Source: Candidatus Micrarchaeota archaeon (lineage in GTDB: Archaea > Micrarchaeota > Micrarchaeia > Norongarragalinales > SBBD01). From it: a DNA stretch of 64,000 nucleotides. The notes beneath the pieces are model-generated. The model had not been told where the DNA came from. It searched no databases and saw only the letters and a program-made list of their open reading frames with translations. How positions within the stretch are numbered: the stretch's first letter is position 1; the number at the start of each line of letters is the position of its first letter. The stretch spans positions 1,400 to 65,399 of the forward strand of contig JAZDGU010000018.1 in NCBI GenBank assembly GCA_043806595.1, read 5' to 3'. Shown here in pieces: positions 37,465-46,665 of the stretch. Made by a program: the position numbers and the translations under genes.

Positions 37465-40035
37465 TCAGTTCATTTGGACGATCTCGGGCATGTCGGCGGC
37501 AGAAGGCGGCTTTGGCTTGTGAAGAGTGGAGGAGTAATACACTGCGCCGCCTACTAAGGCGACTGCGGCAATGCCCGCGAGCCAGTAGTTGAACGACGAC
37601 TTGTTCGCCCTCGACTTTACCAAAAGGTCGCCGATCTTGACGCGCGCCTTATCCCAAAGCGCCTTGGCGGCATCAAAACGACCCTGGCGTTCCTGTTCCT
37701 TTGCCTGGGAGATGATTTCCTGCACTTCATGCTTCTCGTCATCAAACGGAAGCTCGTCCAAAGCAGCCTCGACCTCCTCGTTCGACTCGGGGATAACTAC
37801 ATACCTGGCGCCAAACAGCGTCGGAGAAGGACAAGGAACGGCAGTAATGGAAGGCCGCGGCGAAGGAGTCGGCGTGCCGTAATAGCCTCCGCCCGAATAA
37901 CCTCCGCCGCCCCCGCCGCCGCAAGTGTAGGCATGCGAACAAACGCCTGCACTGCACGAGTCCGCGGTGCACGAGTTGCCGTCGTCACAGGAAACGCCGC
38001 AGCACAAGTCAAGCTTGACGCACCCGCCCCAAGTCAAGTCCTCGCCGCATGTCCTCATGCCATCGCACTCGCCAAAAGTGCATTCCTCTTGCAAGCCCTC
38101 CTCACCGCAAGGCTCTGGAGTCGGAGTCTGGGAAGGGGTGGGAGTCGACGTAACCGTGGGCGTGGCAGTCGGGGTGGCGGAAGGCGTCGGAGTCGGCGTG
38201 CTGGCTGAATAGCACTGGCCGTAGCAGCAGTACTGGCCCGAAGGGCACGAGCCGGTGTAGTCCGGCCAGCACTGGCCCCAATGGCCGCACGTATCGCCGA
38301 AACAACTGCCGCCCATCGTGCCGCACTCCGTGCCAGGCGGGGAAGGCGAGGGCGTTGGAGTGGGTGAAGGAGTGGCAGTGGGAGTCGCGGTAACCGTGGG
38401 GGTCGGAGTGACTACGCCCTCGCACTGCGTCAGGCAGCAGTAGTCGGAATCGCCCGCGGGAAGCCATTGGTCGCCCGGACAAACCTCATCCGGCGAACAC
38501 ACATACCCGCCCTGTTCGGCGCAGGTCGGGAGCAAGGCCTCGCTGGCGAGGTACAGCACCCAGTCGAGGGAGGGGTTGTTCGGAGGGGAGAGCACGAGGT
38601 TGCCGGGACCCACGGTGCCCTGCGATGCGACGGTTCCCGCGCGCGGGTCGAACCACGCGAAAGCGAAGTCGTGCGCGATTTCCGAGGCGCTCAGCGTCAC
38701 GGTTCCGCCCGCGGGCTCGAAGCAAATGTAGCCGACTGCGGTTTCCGCTAGGCAATGCGCGTCAGAGCCCGCGGACTGCAGGACCGTGTCGCGGGGGGAC
38801 ATGCGCTGGAAGGCAGGCTGCAGGGAATCGAAGAAGGCGTCGAATTCGGCTAGCCCGGAACCCGTGCCGGTGCCCGCGGCGCCGCCGACCAAGGCCATCC
38901 AGAGCTTCCTGCGCATGTTGATGTCGTTGTCGTCGTCGTTGAACCCGAATTCCTCGTTGATGAGGGGCTTCGGCGGGTTGGGGAGAAGGTAGTTCGTCCT
39001 CGTGTGCAGGTAGTTGCCTTGGTAGGAGACGCCGTTGCCCGCCTGCGTCGCCATGAAGTCGAACAACGGGTTGTTGGGGAAGGCGAAGTTGCCGGTCAGG
39101 CCGTGGATGGACACGGGCCTGCCGAAGGGATTGTAGGATTGCGCGTACCCGGAGAAGGTGAGCGCCTCGTTCTGCGAGAAATACTCGTCCCACTCGAGCG
39201 CGACCACGAACATGGTGTTATAGGCGGAAAGGCGGGACATCGCGTACTTGATGTAGCGCTCGGCTGCGGGGAAAGGGATGCTGCCCGTCCAGAAGCCGCC
39301 GTCCGAGAAGAACCACAGCTCGGCGACGATGCCTTCGAGTGCGAGGCGCGCGATTTCCTGCTCATAAACCTTCCAGTGCGCGAGGTTCATGTGCTCCAGG
39401 TCGGGGCTGTTGATGCTGCCCAGCCAAGGATTCGTAGGGTAAGCCGCGATATAGTCGTTGCCGTTGGCGAGGTAGATGTTCATCTTGTTGGCGCGGATCG
39501 CGCGCGCCCTCGCGAGGTACTGCAGGCGGTGGGCCTCGTTCACGTTGTCCGACAGGTACAGGTGCGTCCAGCGAACGGGGTCGGGGCCGGCAACGCGGTC
39601 GAGGAAGTTGCCGTGCAGGTGGACGGAATCGCCCTCGGAATAACGGAACCAGTGGCCGTTGTCGGGGTCGACGATTATGGGACCCTTGTTGGCGGAAGGC
39701 AGCACGGTCACGGTTCCGGTCAGCCCGTCCATTGAGGAGTGCCCGGAGGACGTGACGTAGGTCCAAAGGCCTTCCTCGTCGCCCGCGAACCGCACGCTCC
39801 ACACGTTCCCGGTCTGCCCGCCGTTGCCGTCGCCCTCGAAAAACCCGAAGGCGACGATTTGCCTCTGCGTGTGGCTGGTGAAGGTGACGGTCAGGTCGAC
39901 GTCGAAGGGGTTGGAATAGGCGTTGGTGGACACGAAGTCGATGGAGAGCACGTCGTGCTTGGGAATCTGGTAGTCGGCGGCGGCCGAAGTGCATAGGAAG
40001 AGGAGAAGGGTGAAGGCGGGAACAAGTCGACGCAT
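37465..40035 (-). CDS. Cell-surface glycoside-hydrolase-like protein (DUF5060 + DUF4038/GH140-like) with PT linkers, Cys-rich modules and C-terminal TM anchor
   Basis: Signal peptide MRRLVPAFTLLLFLCTSAAA. The N-terminal Ig-like domain and TIM-barrel region are conserved (NPFDVDL, FFEGDGNGG, WSVRF). It also has TPTPT linkers, two Cys-rich blocks, and C-terminal WLAGIAAVALVGGAVYYSSTLHKPKPP. Confidence 0.65.
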   Translation of the reverse strand: MRRLVPAFTLLLFLCTSAAADYQIPKHDVLSIDFVSTNAYSNPFDVDLTVTFTSHTQRQIVAFGFFEGDGNGGQTGNVWSVRFAGDEEGLWTYVTSSGHSSMDGLTGTVTVLPSANKGPIIVDPDNGHWFRYSEGDSVHLHGNFLDRVAGPDPVRWTHLYLSDNVNEAHRLQYLARARAIRANKMNIYLANGNDYIAAYPTNPWLGSINSPDLEHMNLAHWKVYEQEIARLALEGIVAELWFFSDGGFWTGSIPFPAAERYIKYAMSRLSAYNTMFVVALEWDEYFSQNEALTFSGYAQSYNPFGRPVSIHGLTGNFAFPNNPLFDFMATQAGNGVSYQGNYLHTRTNYLLPNPPKPLINEEFGFNDDDNDINMRRKLWMALVGGAAGTGTGSGLAEFDAFFDSLQPAFQRMSPRDTVLQSAGSDAHCLAETAVGYICFEPAGGTVTLSASEIAHDFAFAWFDPRAGTVASQGTVGPGNLVLSPPNNPSLDWVLYLASEALLPTCAEQGGYVCSPDEVCPGDQWLPAGDSDYCCLTQCEGVVTPTPTVTATPTATPSPTPTPSPSPPGTECGTMGGSCFGDTCGHWGQCWPDYTGSCPSGQYCCYGQCYSASTPTPTPSATPTATPTVTSTPTPSQTPTPEPCGEEGLQEECTFGECDGMRTCGEDLTWGGCVKLDLCCGVSCDDGNSCTADSCSAGVCSHAYTCGGGGGGGYSGGGYYGTPTPSPRPSITAVPCPSPTLFGARYVVIPESNEEVEAALDELPFDDEKHEVQEIISQAKEQERQGRFDAAKALWDKARVKIGDLLVKSRANKSSFNYWLAGIAAVALVGGAVYYSSTLHKPKPPSAADMPEIVQMN

Positions 40036-40213
40036 GGCCAAACCACCGGACATTGAAGAGCAGGTAATCAAATAAAAACGCAGCGCATTCCCGGGGGGGA
40101 AAAGGGGTGCGGGGGCGAGGGGCGGGGGGTGGGAGGACAGGGCACATGGGGGCAAGGCGTATAAATTAGGCCGCCGCAAAGCATATCATAACGGAGGGGC
40201 GGGGGTGGTTTGA

Positions 40214-41161
40214 ATGAAGGCCATGATTTCCGAGTTGAAGGAAGGACAGCAGGTGGACTCGCTTTTCAGCGTCAAGTACAAGCGCGACGTCCTGCAGTAC
40301 GCGAACGGCTGGAGGTTCGCGTTCGGGGCAAGCGACCGCACCGGCGAGGTAGAAGTCAGCTACTGGGGCGCGAACGACGAGGCGCGCGTGCGGAAGGCGC
40401 ACGCGGCATTCGGGGAAGGAAGCGTCGTGCGAGTTGTCGGGCTCGTCGGCTCGTACAAGGGAAGGAAGAAGATTGACGTCAACGAGGGCAAGGGCCTCAT
40501 CGAGCCCGCAGGGGAATACGACATCGCCGACTTCCTGGCACACACCGCGAAAGACGTCGGGGGAATGTACGCCGAACTCCTCGGGATGGTGGAAAGCGTC
40601 ACGCACCCCGGGCTGAAGAAGCTGCTGGAAGCGTTCTTCAACGATTCCGGGTTCGCGGAGAGGTTCAGGCAGGCGCCGGGGGCCATGCAGATGCACCACG
40701 CGTGGGTAGGCGGCCTCCTCGAGCACACGCTCGCTGTGGCGCGCATAAGCAGGAACGCGGCGCCGGAATACGGCGCGGACCTGGATCTGGTGACCGCGGG
40801 CGCGCTCCTGCACGACATCGGCAAGATGCGGGAGTACGAGGTGACCACGAACATTAAAATCGGCGAGGAGGGCATGCTCCGCGGCCACACTGCCATCGGG
40901 GAGGAGACGGTGAGGCGGAAGGCGATTGAAACCGGACTCGACGGGCAGACGCTCCTCAAGCTGTCGCACATGATTCTCTCCCACCACGGCGAGCTCTCGA
41001 ACGGCGCGCCCAAGACGCCCATGTTCGCGGAGGCGGCAATCGTGCACTTCGCCGACTACCTGGACGCGAGGGCCGCGCGGCTTGCCCAGGTGAAGAGGGA
41101 GGCGACGACGGAAGACTTCCGCGTGTACGACGGCAAGGCCGGGGAAGTCTACCTGCGTTGA
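40214..41161 (+). CDS. HD-domain phosphohydrolase with N-terminal OB fold (YhaM-like 3'-5' exoribonuclease family)
   Basis: OB-fold N-terminus and HD motif LLHDIGK...HHGE. Confidence 0.7.
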   Translation: MKAMISELKEGQQVDSLFSVKYKRDVLQYANGWRFAFGASDRTGEVEVSYWGANDEARVRKAHAAFGEGSVVRVVGLVGSYKGRKKIDVNEGKGLIEPAGEYDIADFLAHTAKDVGGMYAELLGMVESVTHPGLKKLLEAFFNDSGFAERFRQAPGAMQMHHAWVGGLLEHTLAVARISRNAAPEYGADLDLVTAGALLHDIGKMREYEVTTNIKIGEEGMLRGHTAIGEETVRRKAIETGLDGQTLLKLSHMILSHHGELSNGAPKTPMFAEAAIVHFADYLDARAARLAQVKREATTEDFRVYDGKAGEVYLR

Positions 41162-41280
41162 CTCCGCGGGACTTGCCCGCCATGGTTGCCGGCCGCCGGT
41201 TCAAGCAGGACCAACTCCTCCAGCGCCTGCGCCAGCAGCCCAGCGTAGGCTCTCGCGTCGACTTCCTCCGGCTTCGCCAT
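41149..41280 (-). CDS. Small ORF (43 aa) MAKPEEVDARAYAGLLAQALEELVLL..., paralogous to the peptide encoded at 42928-43095
   Basis: ATG start. Shares 17/25 residues with the other copy, with mostly synonymous nucleotide differences. Confidence 0.25.
   Translation of the reverse strand: MAKPEEVDARAYAGLLAQALEELVLLEPAAGNHGGQVPRSQRR
41196..41275. repeat. Copy B of a diverged ~75-bp direct repeat (partner at 42931-43010)
   Basis: About 73% nucleotide identity in direct orientation with the partner copy. Confidence 0.5.
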
Positions 41281-41299
41281 TGCCAGCGGGGGCTTGCCC

Positions 41300-42613
41300 T
41301 CAAAGAGGGGGCGTGGGAGTCGGAGTGTCGGTGGGCGTCGGGGCGGGGGTCGGCGTGGGCGTTGGAGTAGGCGTCGGCTCGGGCGTAGATGTTGGCGAAG
41401 GAGTGGGACTTGCCGTGGGCGTTGGGGTCGGCGTCGGCGCAGGCATGCAGTCCACCGCCGGGGTGCAGCCGTCGGCGCAGCCGGTCACCACCGGAACGAA
41501 GCCCTCGTGGCAAGCGAAGCCCTCGGGAATCGCGGCGCACTGATTCGGGTCAAGTACCTTGCAGCAGCCGGTGCCCGTGAAGACGCATTCCGGTGCGGCC
41601 GAAGGAGTAGGCGTGAGAGTCGGATGCGGAGTCGTTGAAGGGCTAGGGACCGGAGTCGTCGTGGGAGCGCACGTTGCTGCCGCATTACAGTCGGGCGCGC
41701 AACCGATGACCTTCGGAACCAGGGGCGGATCGCACGCGAAGTGCGGCGGAATCGCGGCGCACGTGTTCAAATCCGAAGTGCGGCAGCAGCCCTCGCCCGT
41801 GAAGACGCACTCCGGCTCGGGAGTTGCAGCCACAGTCGCGGTAACGGTCGCCCCGATATTCGGACACTTGAAGCACGCCTCGGAAGGCGAGTCCCCGCAG
41901 GAGTAAGACGCGAGAACGACGCAGCCGCGCGCATTCTCTTCATCCCTGGAAAGGCAAGCATAGTCCTCGGGGCAGGAATGCTTGGGGGCAACGGGCGCGT
42001 TAGCGGGCTTCTGGCCAGTAGTCTCGGCGCCGTCGCCCACGTACCTCGTCAGTTTCTCCGTCGAATAACAGTCTTCGGTGGACGTTTTCGCCCAGAAGTC
42101 GTCAAAATTGGCGCCGCTCCCGAAGCATACGTGCGTCGGGACCATCTCGGTGGCCCTCAGCCGCCTGAACAAGTAGGCGTTGTAGACCGGCTCGGTGAAG
42201 TCCTTCTCGATGGCCGAGCCGACGAGCTTCTTCGCGCTCCACAGCTGGGTCTTGCTCAAATAAATGTGTTTCAGCTCCGGGTCGAAGCTGTTGCTTACGG
42301 AGTTGGACAGAAGCCTTTTCGAGCCGGCCGAGCCCTCGGCTTTCAGCCATTCCTCGCGCCCGACTTCCTTGTCATCGGACTTCAGGATGACGATGCCGTA
42401 GGTGATGGTGATTCCCTCGCCGGGGGCGGCAATCTCCTCCGCCCAGGATGCGACGGAAGTCTGGGTGGGAAAGACGGTGAACCTCGCGGCGTAAAGCACT
42501 TCCACCTCGTCGAACTGGTAGGTGATTTTCGGGGCGTCCTGCGCGACCGCCGGCACGGAAAACGCGGCTGCCAGGACCGCAAGCGACACCAAAACGAATC
42601 TCGGGATGTTCAT
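41300..42613 (-). CDS. Secreted Cys-rich repeat protein with PT-rich tail
   Basis: Signal peptide MNIPRFVLVSLAVLAAAFSVPAVA. Two tandem ~60-aa modules ECVFTG(E/T)GCC...CAAIP..FAC...GCA..C, then a C-terminal (PT)n tail. Confidence 0.55.
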   Translation of the reverse strand: MNIPRFVLVSLAVLAAAFSVPAVAQDAPKITYQFDEVEVLYAARFTVFPTQTSVASWAEEIAAPGEGITITYGIVILKSDDKEVGREEWLKAEGSAGSKRLLSNSVSNSFDPELKHIYLSKTQLWSAKKLVGSAIEKDFTEPVYNAYLFRRLRATEMVPTHVCFGSGANFDDFWAKTSTEDCYSTEKLTRYVGDGAETTGQKPANAPVAPKHSCPEDYACLSRDEENARGCVVLASYSCGDSPSEACFKCPNIGATVTATVAATPEPECVFTGEGCCRTSDLNTCAAIPPHFACDPPLVPKVIGCAPDCNAAATCAPTTTPVPSPSTTPHPTLTPTPSAAPECVFTGTGCCKVLDPNQCAAIPEGFACHEGFVPVVTGCADGCTPAVDCMPAPTPTPTPTASPTPSPTSTPEPTPTPTPTPTPAPTPTDTPTPTPPL

Positions 42614-42852
42614 GACAACGCCTTTTCTACCGCCTCCTCGATTACGCCGCCGGGGTACGTCGTGGGGACTGGGGTGGGCACCGGCGTGGCCGTAGCCGTC
42701 GGAGTCGGAGTTGCCGTGAGCGTGGGGGAAGGGGTTTGCGTCGGGACAGGAGTCGGGCCGGCGGCGGGCTGGGTGCAGCCGGCTGTGAGCAATGCGGTGA
42801 AAGCGATTGCCGCGAAGACCATGCCGGTTTGCTGTGCACGGTCCATGCGCAT
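42610..42852 (-). CDS. Small lipoprotein with PT linker
   Basis: Signal and lipobox-like LLTAGCTQ, then a PT-rich tract. Its stop overlaps the start of the next gene. Confidence 0.4.
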   Translation of the reverse strand: MRMDRAQQTGMVFAAIAFTALLTAGCTQPAAGPTPVPTQTPSPTLTATPTPTATATPVPTPVPTTYPGGVIEEAVEKALS

Positions 42853-42930
42853 CGGATTAAGGCACGCGACCGCCCTTTATATTGCTTTGGCACTACCGCC
42901 GGGGGTAGTTGAATCAGCCGGGGCGCTACA

Positions 42931-43010
42931 ATGCCAACAGCTCCTCCAGAGACTGCCCCAGCAGCCCGGAATAGGCGGCGATATCCAATTCATCCGCCTT
43001 GGCGCGGCTG
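42931..43010. repeat. Copy A of the diverged ~75-bp direct repeat
   Basis: Encodes ...AKADELDIAAYSGLLGQSLEELLAL* on the minus strand. Only a GTG start is available. Confidence 0.5.
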
Positions 43011-43555
43011 GCGGGCTTGGCGCCGTGGACGGTCAGAACGAAGTCGATGGAATGGCGGCTGTCGCCGTCCTCGCCCTGAGTCGTCCACGTATGCACAACC
43101 CCCTACCCTTTCTCCCTTCGTTCCAGTTACACTGGATTGAAATTGCCGGGGCGGTGGTTAAATCTTCGTTGCCGCACGCATCTCCCGCCGGTGTCCAGCG
43201 ACGGGTCCGAACAGCCGGAATAGGCCTGCACGCAAAGCGGGAAGACGATGAGGAGAACCAGCACGGGACCGGCCGCGGTCGCAGGAATTCGCATTTGCCT
43301 TCGACACTAATAGGGGAAGGAGGTATATATTGCTTTCAAATGGAGGTCAGGGTTTCCTGCCGGGGATTAAACGGCATTATCCGATTGCAAATGAGTTTGA
43401 AAGACACACCCCTGAAGCGAACATGTTGAATGCCAACCAACGACTTCGGGGCCATTGCCGCCGGACGCACTAAGGGATACTACTTCAGCGCAAGGAAAAA
43501 CGGCATGCAGGCGAAAGCGTTTTAACCCCCGGGCGGCAAAGCCAATGCGATTGGA

Positions 43556-44938
43556 ATGGACGGCAAGAGGCAGATCGAGAGGGTGAAAAGCGCGGTCCTG
43601 CCGGTGGCAGGCGCGTTGGTCCTCGGGCTGGCTGCGCTGCTGTTCCTTTCCGCGATACGCGCCAGCCTTTTCTCCGACACCGGCCATGAGACGCGCATCT
43701 GGTTCGAGATAACCTTCCTGCTTCTGCTCGCGGTGCTCGCCGAACTGCTCGTGTTCTACCTCAGGCAGCCGGTGGTGATGGTGCTGCTCCTCGTCGGCGT
43801 GTTAATCGCCCCGGGAACCATCAACCTTACCTGGCCGGTCATCGCCGGAATAATAAACGCGCTGCTTTCGGCGGTATCAAACTGGAACATTCCAACCCAA
43901 GTGCCAAACCTGGTGCCCCTCGAGGGGACGGTGATGGTCTTCGCCAAGCTCGGCTCCATCATCCTTCTGTTCCAGATCGGACTTCATTCGGAGATACAGA
44001 AGATATTCAACGGCAAGAACTTCGTTGTGGCCATCCTAGGGGTCGTGCTGCCGTTCGCCGCGGGGTTCGCCTACGCGTCGTGGACGGGCGGCGGGTTCGC
44101 ATACGCGCTTTTCCTCGGCGCGGCCCTGACGGCGACGAGCGTGGGAGTGACGGTCGCCGTGCTCCAGGAGTTCGGCGTGATGAACAAGGACTACGCGCAG
44201 ATAATCCTCGGAGCCGCCGTTATCGACGACATCCTCGCGCTGCTCGCGCTTTCCTTCGTCAAGAACGTGCCGACGGCGCTTACCCCCGAGGCGCTCACGC
44301 CGCTCGCGATGGTGCTCGCGACTGCCGCGGTGTTCGTCATCGGCGGGATAAAGCTCGGCCAGTTCATCGTCCACAGGTACTTCTACAGGTACACCGACGA
44401 GACATTCTCGAAAAAGACATTCCTGCTGGCGATGGCATTCCTGCTCATGTACGCGTACGTCGCGGAAGTCGTCGGGCTGTCGGCGATAGTCGGCGCGTTC
44501 ATCGCCGGCATAACCCTCAACTACAGCCCAGTGATCCGCAAGATAAACGAGCTCATGGCGCCACTGGAAATGCTGTTCACGCCGATTTTCTTCATCTCGC
44601 TCGGAATGTTCGTGGACGTGGAGTCGATTCCCGGCGAGATTGTCCCGATTCTCGTCATTAGCGTAATCGCAGTGCTGGCAAAAGTCGTCGGGTGCGGAGG
44701 AGCGGCGCTGCTGGGCGGCGCCGGCAGGAAGGACGCGCTAATCGTCGGGCTGGGCATGGTCCCCCGCGGCGAGATCGCGCTCATCATCGGCCTCTACGGC
44801 CTCACGGCGATGGTGAACGGCGAGCCGGCAATCACTGCAGCAGAGTACACGATAATCTCGGCGATGGCGTTCATCACGACCATTATCGTGCCGCCAATAC
44901 TGCAGAAGATGATTACCGTAAAGGCATCGGCGGCCTAG
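43556..44938 (+). CDS. Cation:proton antiporter, CPA2 (Kef/NapA-type)
   Basis: 12-13 TM helices, a Na+/H+ exchanger fold, and C-terminal GMVPRGEIALIIG. Confidence 0.8.
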   Translation: MDGKRQIERVKSAVLPVAGALVLGLAALLFLSAIRASLFSDTGHETRIWFEITFLLLLAVLAELLVFYLRQPVVMVLLLVGVLIAPGTINLTWPVIAGIINALLSAVSNWNIPTQVPNLVPLEGTVMVFAKLGSIILLFQIGLHSEIQKIFNGKNFVVAILGVVLPFAAGFAYASWTGGGFAYALFLGAALTATSVGVTVAVLQEFGVMNKDYAQIILGAAVIDDILALLALSFVKNVPTALTPEALTPLAMVLATAAVFVIGGIKLGQFIVHRYFYRYTDETFSKKTFLLAMAFLLMYAYVAEVVGLSAIVGAFIAGITLNYSPVIRKINELMAPLEMLFTPIFFISLGMFVDVESIPGEIVPILVISVIAVLAKVVGCGGAALLGGAGRKDALIVGLGMVPRGEIALIIGLYGLTAMVNGEPAITAAEYTIISAMAFITTIIVPPILQKMITVKASAA

Positions 44939-44992
44939 GTAATCCTGCATGCTTGGGCGGAGAAAATGGATTCGCTGATCGTTGAACCGCGG

Positions 44993-45008
44993 TTCCACGA
45001 TCGTGGAA
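44993..45008. promoter_or_regulatory. Perfect 16-bp palindrome TTCCACGATCGTGGAA upstream of otsA, plus TATA-like tttttatatc at about 45016-45028
   Basis: Seen directly. A candidate operator for the trehalose operon. Confidence 0.3.
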
Positions 45009-45210
45009 GCACAATTGATACGTTTTTATATCTCGGAAAGCCCCAAACAAGGAGCCGGGTGAAATCTTCCCGGATGGCCGATCGGGCGGATTGCTTTCCG
45101 CGGGGAAGAGTCGCAGCGGCATGGTTTATCCTGTCCGATGCCGCGTACTGGCTGAACGGCCAATGCCGTGAATAACTGATGGGCGCGTACATCAAGCGTG
45201 GAAAAAACGG

Positions 45211-46665
45211 ATGAACCAATTCATTTCGAAGATAACCGAGAGGCTGGCCGGAAGGAGGCTCATCGTGGCGTCGAGCAGCGAACCGTACGTCCACTATTTG
45301 GAGGAGGAGGAAATCAAGTGGAGGCGTGGCACCGGGGGAGTGGTGACCGCGCTGGACCCGGTCCTCGCAGCCACAGGCGGGACGTGGGTCGCCCAGTCGT
45401 CGGGGGACGCCGACCGGCAGGCCTGCGATGAGAAGGGGTACGTGAAGGTCCCGCCGGAAAGCGGGGCGTACACCCTCAAGCGCATCTTCGTATCGAAAAA
45501 GGACGCGGCCGCATGCGGCAACGCGGCGAACGGCGCGCTCTGGCCGCTTTCGCACATAGTATACGTGAGGCCGCGTTTCGTCGACGAGGAATGGGAGGCA
45601 TTCCGGCAGGTTAACCGGCGGTTCGCGGAGGCGATAGCCGAGGAGGCCAAAAAAGGCGAAAGCGTCGTCTGGCTCAACGACTACCAGCTCGTGCTGTGCG
45701 CGAAATACGTTAAGGAGCTGGTTCCCGACGTGCCGACGGTCTACTTCTGGCACATCCCGTGGCCGAACCCGCAGGTCTTCAAAATCTGCCCCTGGCACGT
45801 GGAAATCATGGACGCGGTGCTCTCCAACGACATCATCGGGTTCCACACCCGCTACCATTCCGTCAACTTCCTGGACTCCGTGGACCAGACGATCGAGGCC
45901 CGCGTAGACCGCCCGGCGTCGTCCGTGCACTACAAGGGCAGGGAGGTCACCGTGCGCGCGCTGCCCATCAGCGTCGACTTCGACGGGATTAGCGCCGCAG
46001 CGGAAAATGTCGGCGAGGGCGCGATTAGGAGGGCGAAGCGCAGGTACGGCATAGGCAAGGGGGCGCTGGTGGTCGGCATCGACCGCATGGATTACACGAA
46101 GGGATTGGCGGAGAAGATCAAGGCTATTGACGAATTCCTGCAGAAGCACCCAGAAAGCGCCGAAAAAATCACGCTCGTGCAGATTGCCTCGCCGACGCGC
46201 ACGCACCTCGAGGCATACAGGCAGACTGCGGAGGAGGTGGAAACGCTCGTGGAGGAGGTCAACTGGAGGAACTCCACCGACTCGTGGAAGCCCATTATCT
46301 TCGAGAACAGGTATGCGTCCACGGAGGAAATCTACACGCTCTACGGCCTCGCGGACGTATGCATCATCACGCCGCTCCATGACGGCATGAACCTCGTCTC
46401 GAAGGAGTTCGTGGCCGCGAAAAACGACGGCAACGGCGTGCTCATACTGAGCAAGTTCGCCGGCTCGAACGCGGAGCTCAAGGACGCGCTTTCCGTCAAC
46501 CCGTTCTCCACGAACGAGGTCGTCGCCGCGCTGGAGACCGCGCTCCAGATGCCGATTGAGGAGAGGCGGGAACGGATGACGCGCCTGCGCGCGGAAGTCG
46601 GTGAAAACAACGTCTTCAAGTGGGCCTCGGATTTCCTGAGCATGGCCGCCAAGGTAAGGGGTTGA
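45211..46665 (+). CDS. otsA: Trehalose-6-phosphate synthase (GT20)
   Basis: GT20 hallmarks WLNDYQL, FWHIPWP and GIDRMDYTKG. Confidence 0.85.
   Translation: MNQFISKITERLAGRRLIVASSSEPYVHYLEEEEIKWRRGTGGVVTALDPVLAATGGTWVAQSSGDADRQACDEKGYVKVPPESGAYTLKRIFVSKKDAAACGNAANGALWPLSHIVYVRPRFVDEEWEAFRQVNRRFAEAIAEEAKKGESVVWLNDYQLVLCAKYVKELVPDVPTVYFWHIPWPNPQVFKICPWHVEIMDAVLSNDIIGFHTRYHSVNFLDSVDQTIEARVDRPASSVHYKGREVTVRALPISVDFDGISAAAENVGEGAIRRAKRRYGIGKGALVVGIDRMDYTKGLAEKIKAIDEFLQKHPESAEKITLVQIASPTRTHLEAYRQTAEEVETLVEEVNWRNSTDSWKPIIFENRYASTEEIYTLYGLADVCIITPLHDGMNLVSKEFVAAKNDGNGVLILSKFAGSNAELKDALSVNPFSTNEVVAALETALQMPIEERRERMTRLRAEVGENNVFKWASDFLSMAAKVRG

Noticed and set aside
39004-40147. ORFs 39004..39735 (plus), 39362..40147 (minus), 38762..39193 (minus)
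   Set aside because: Alternate-frame or antisense shadows within the 2.6-kb surface-protein gene.
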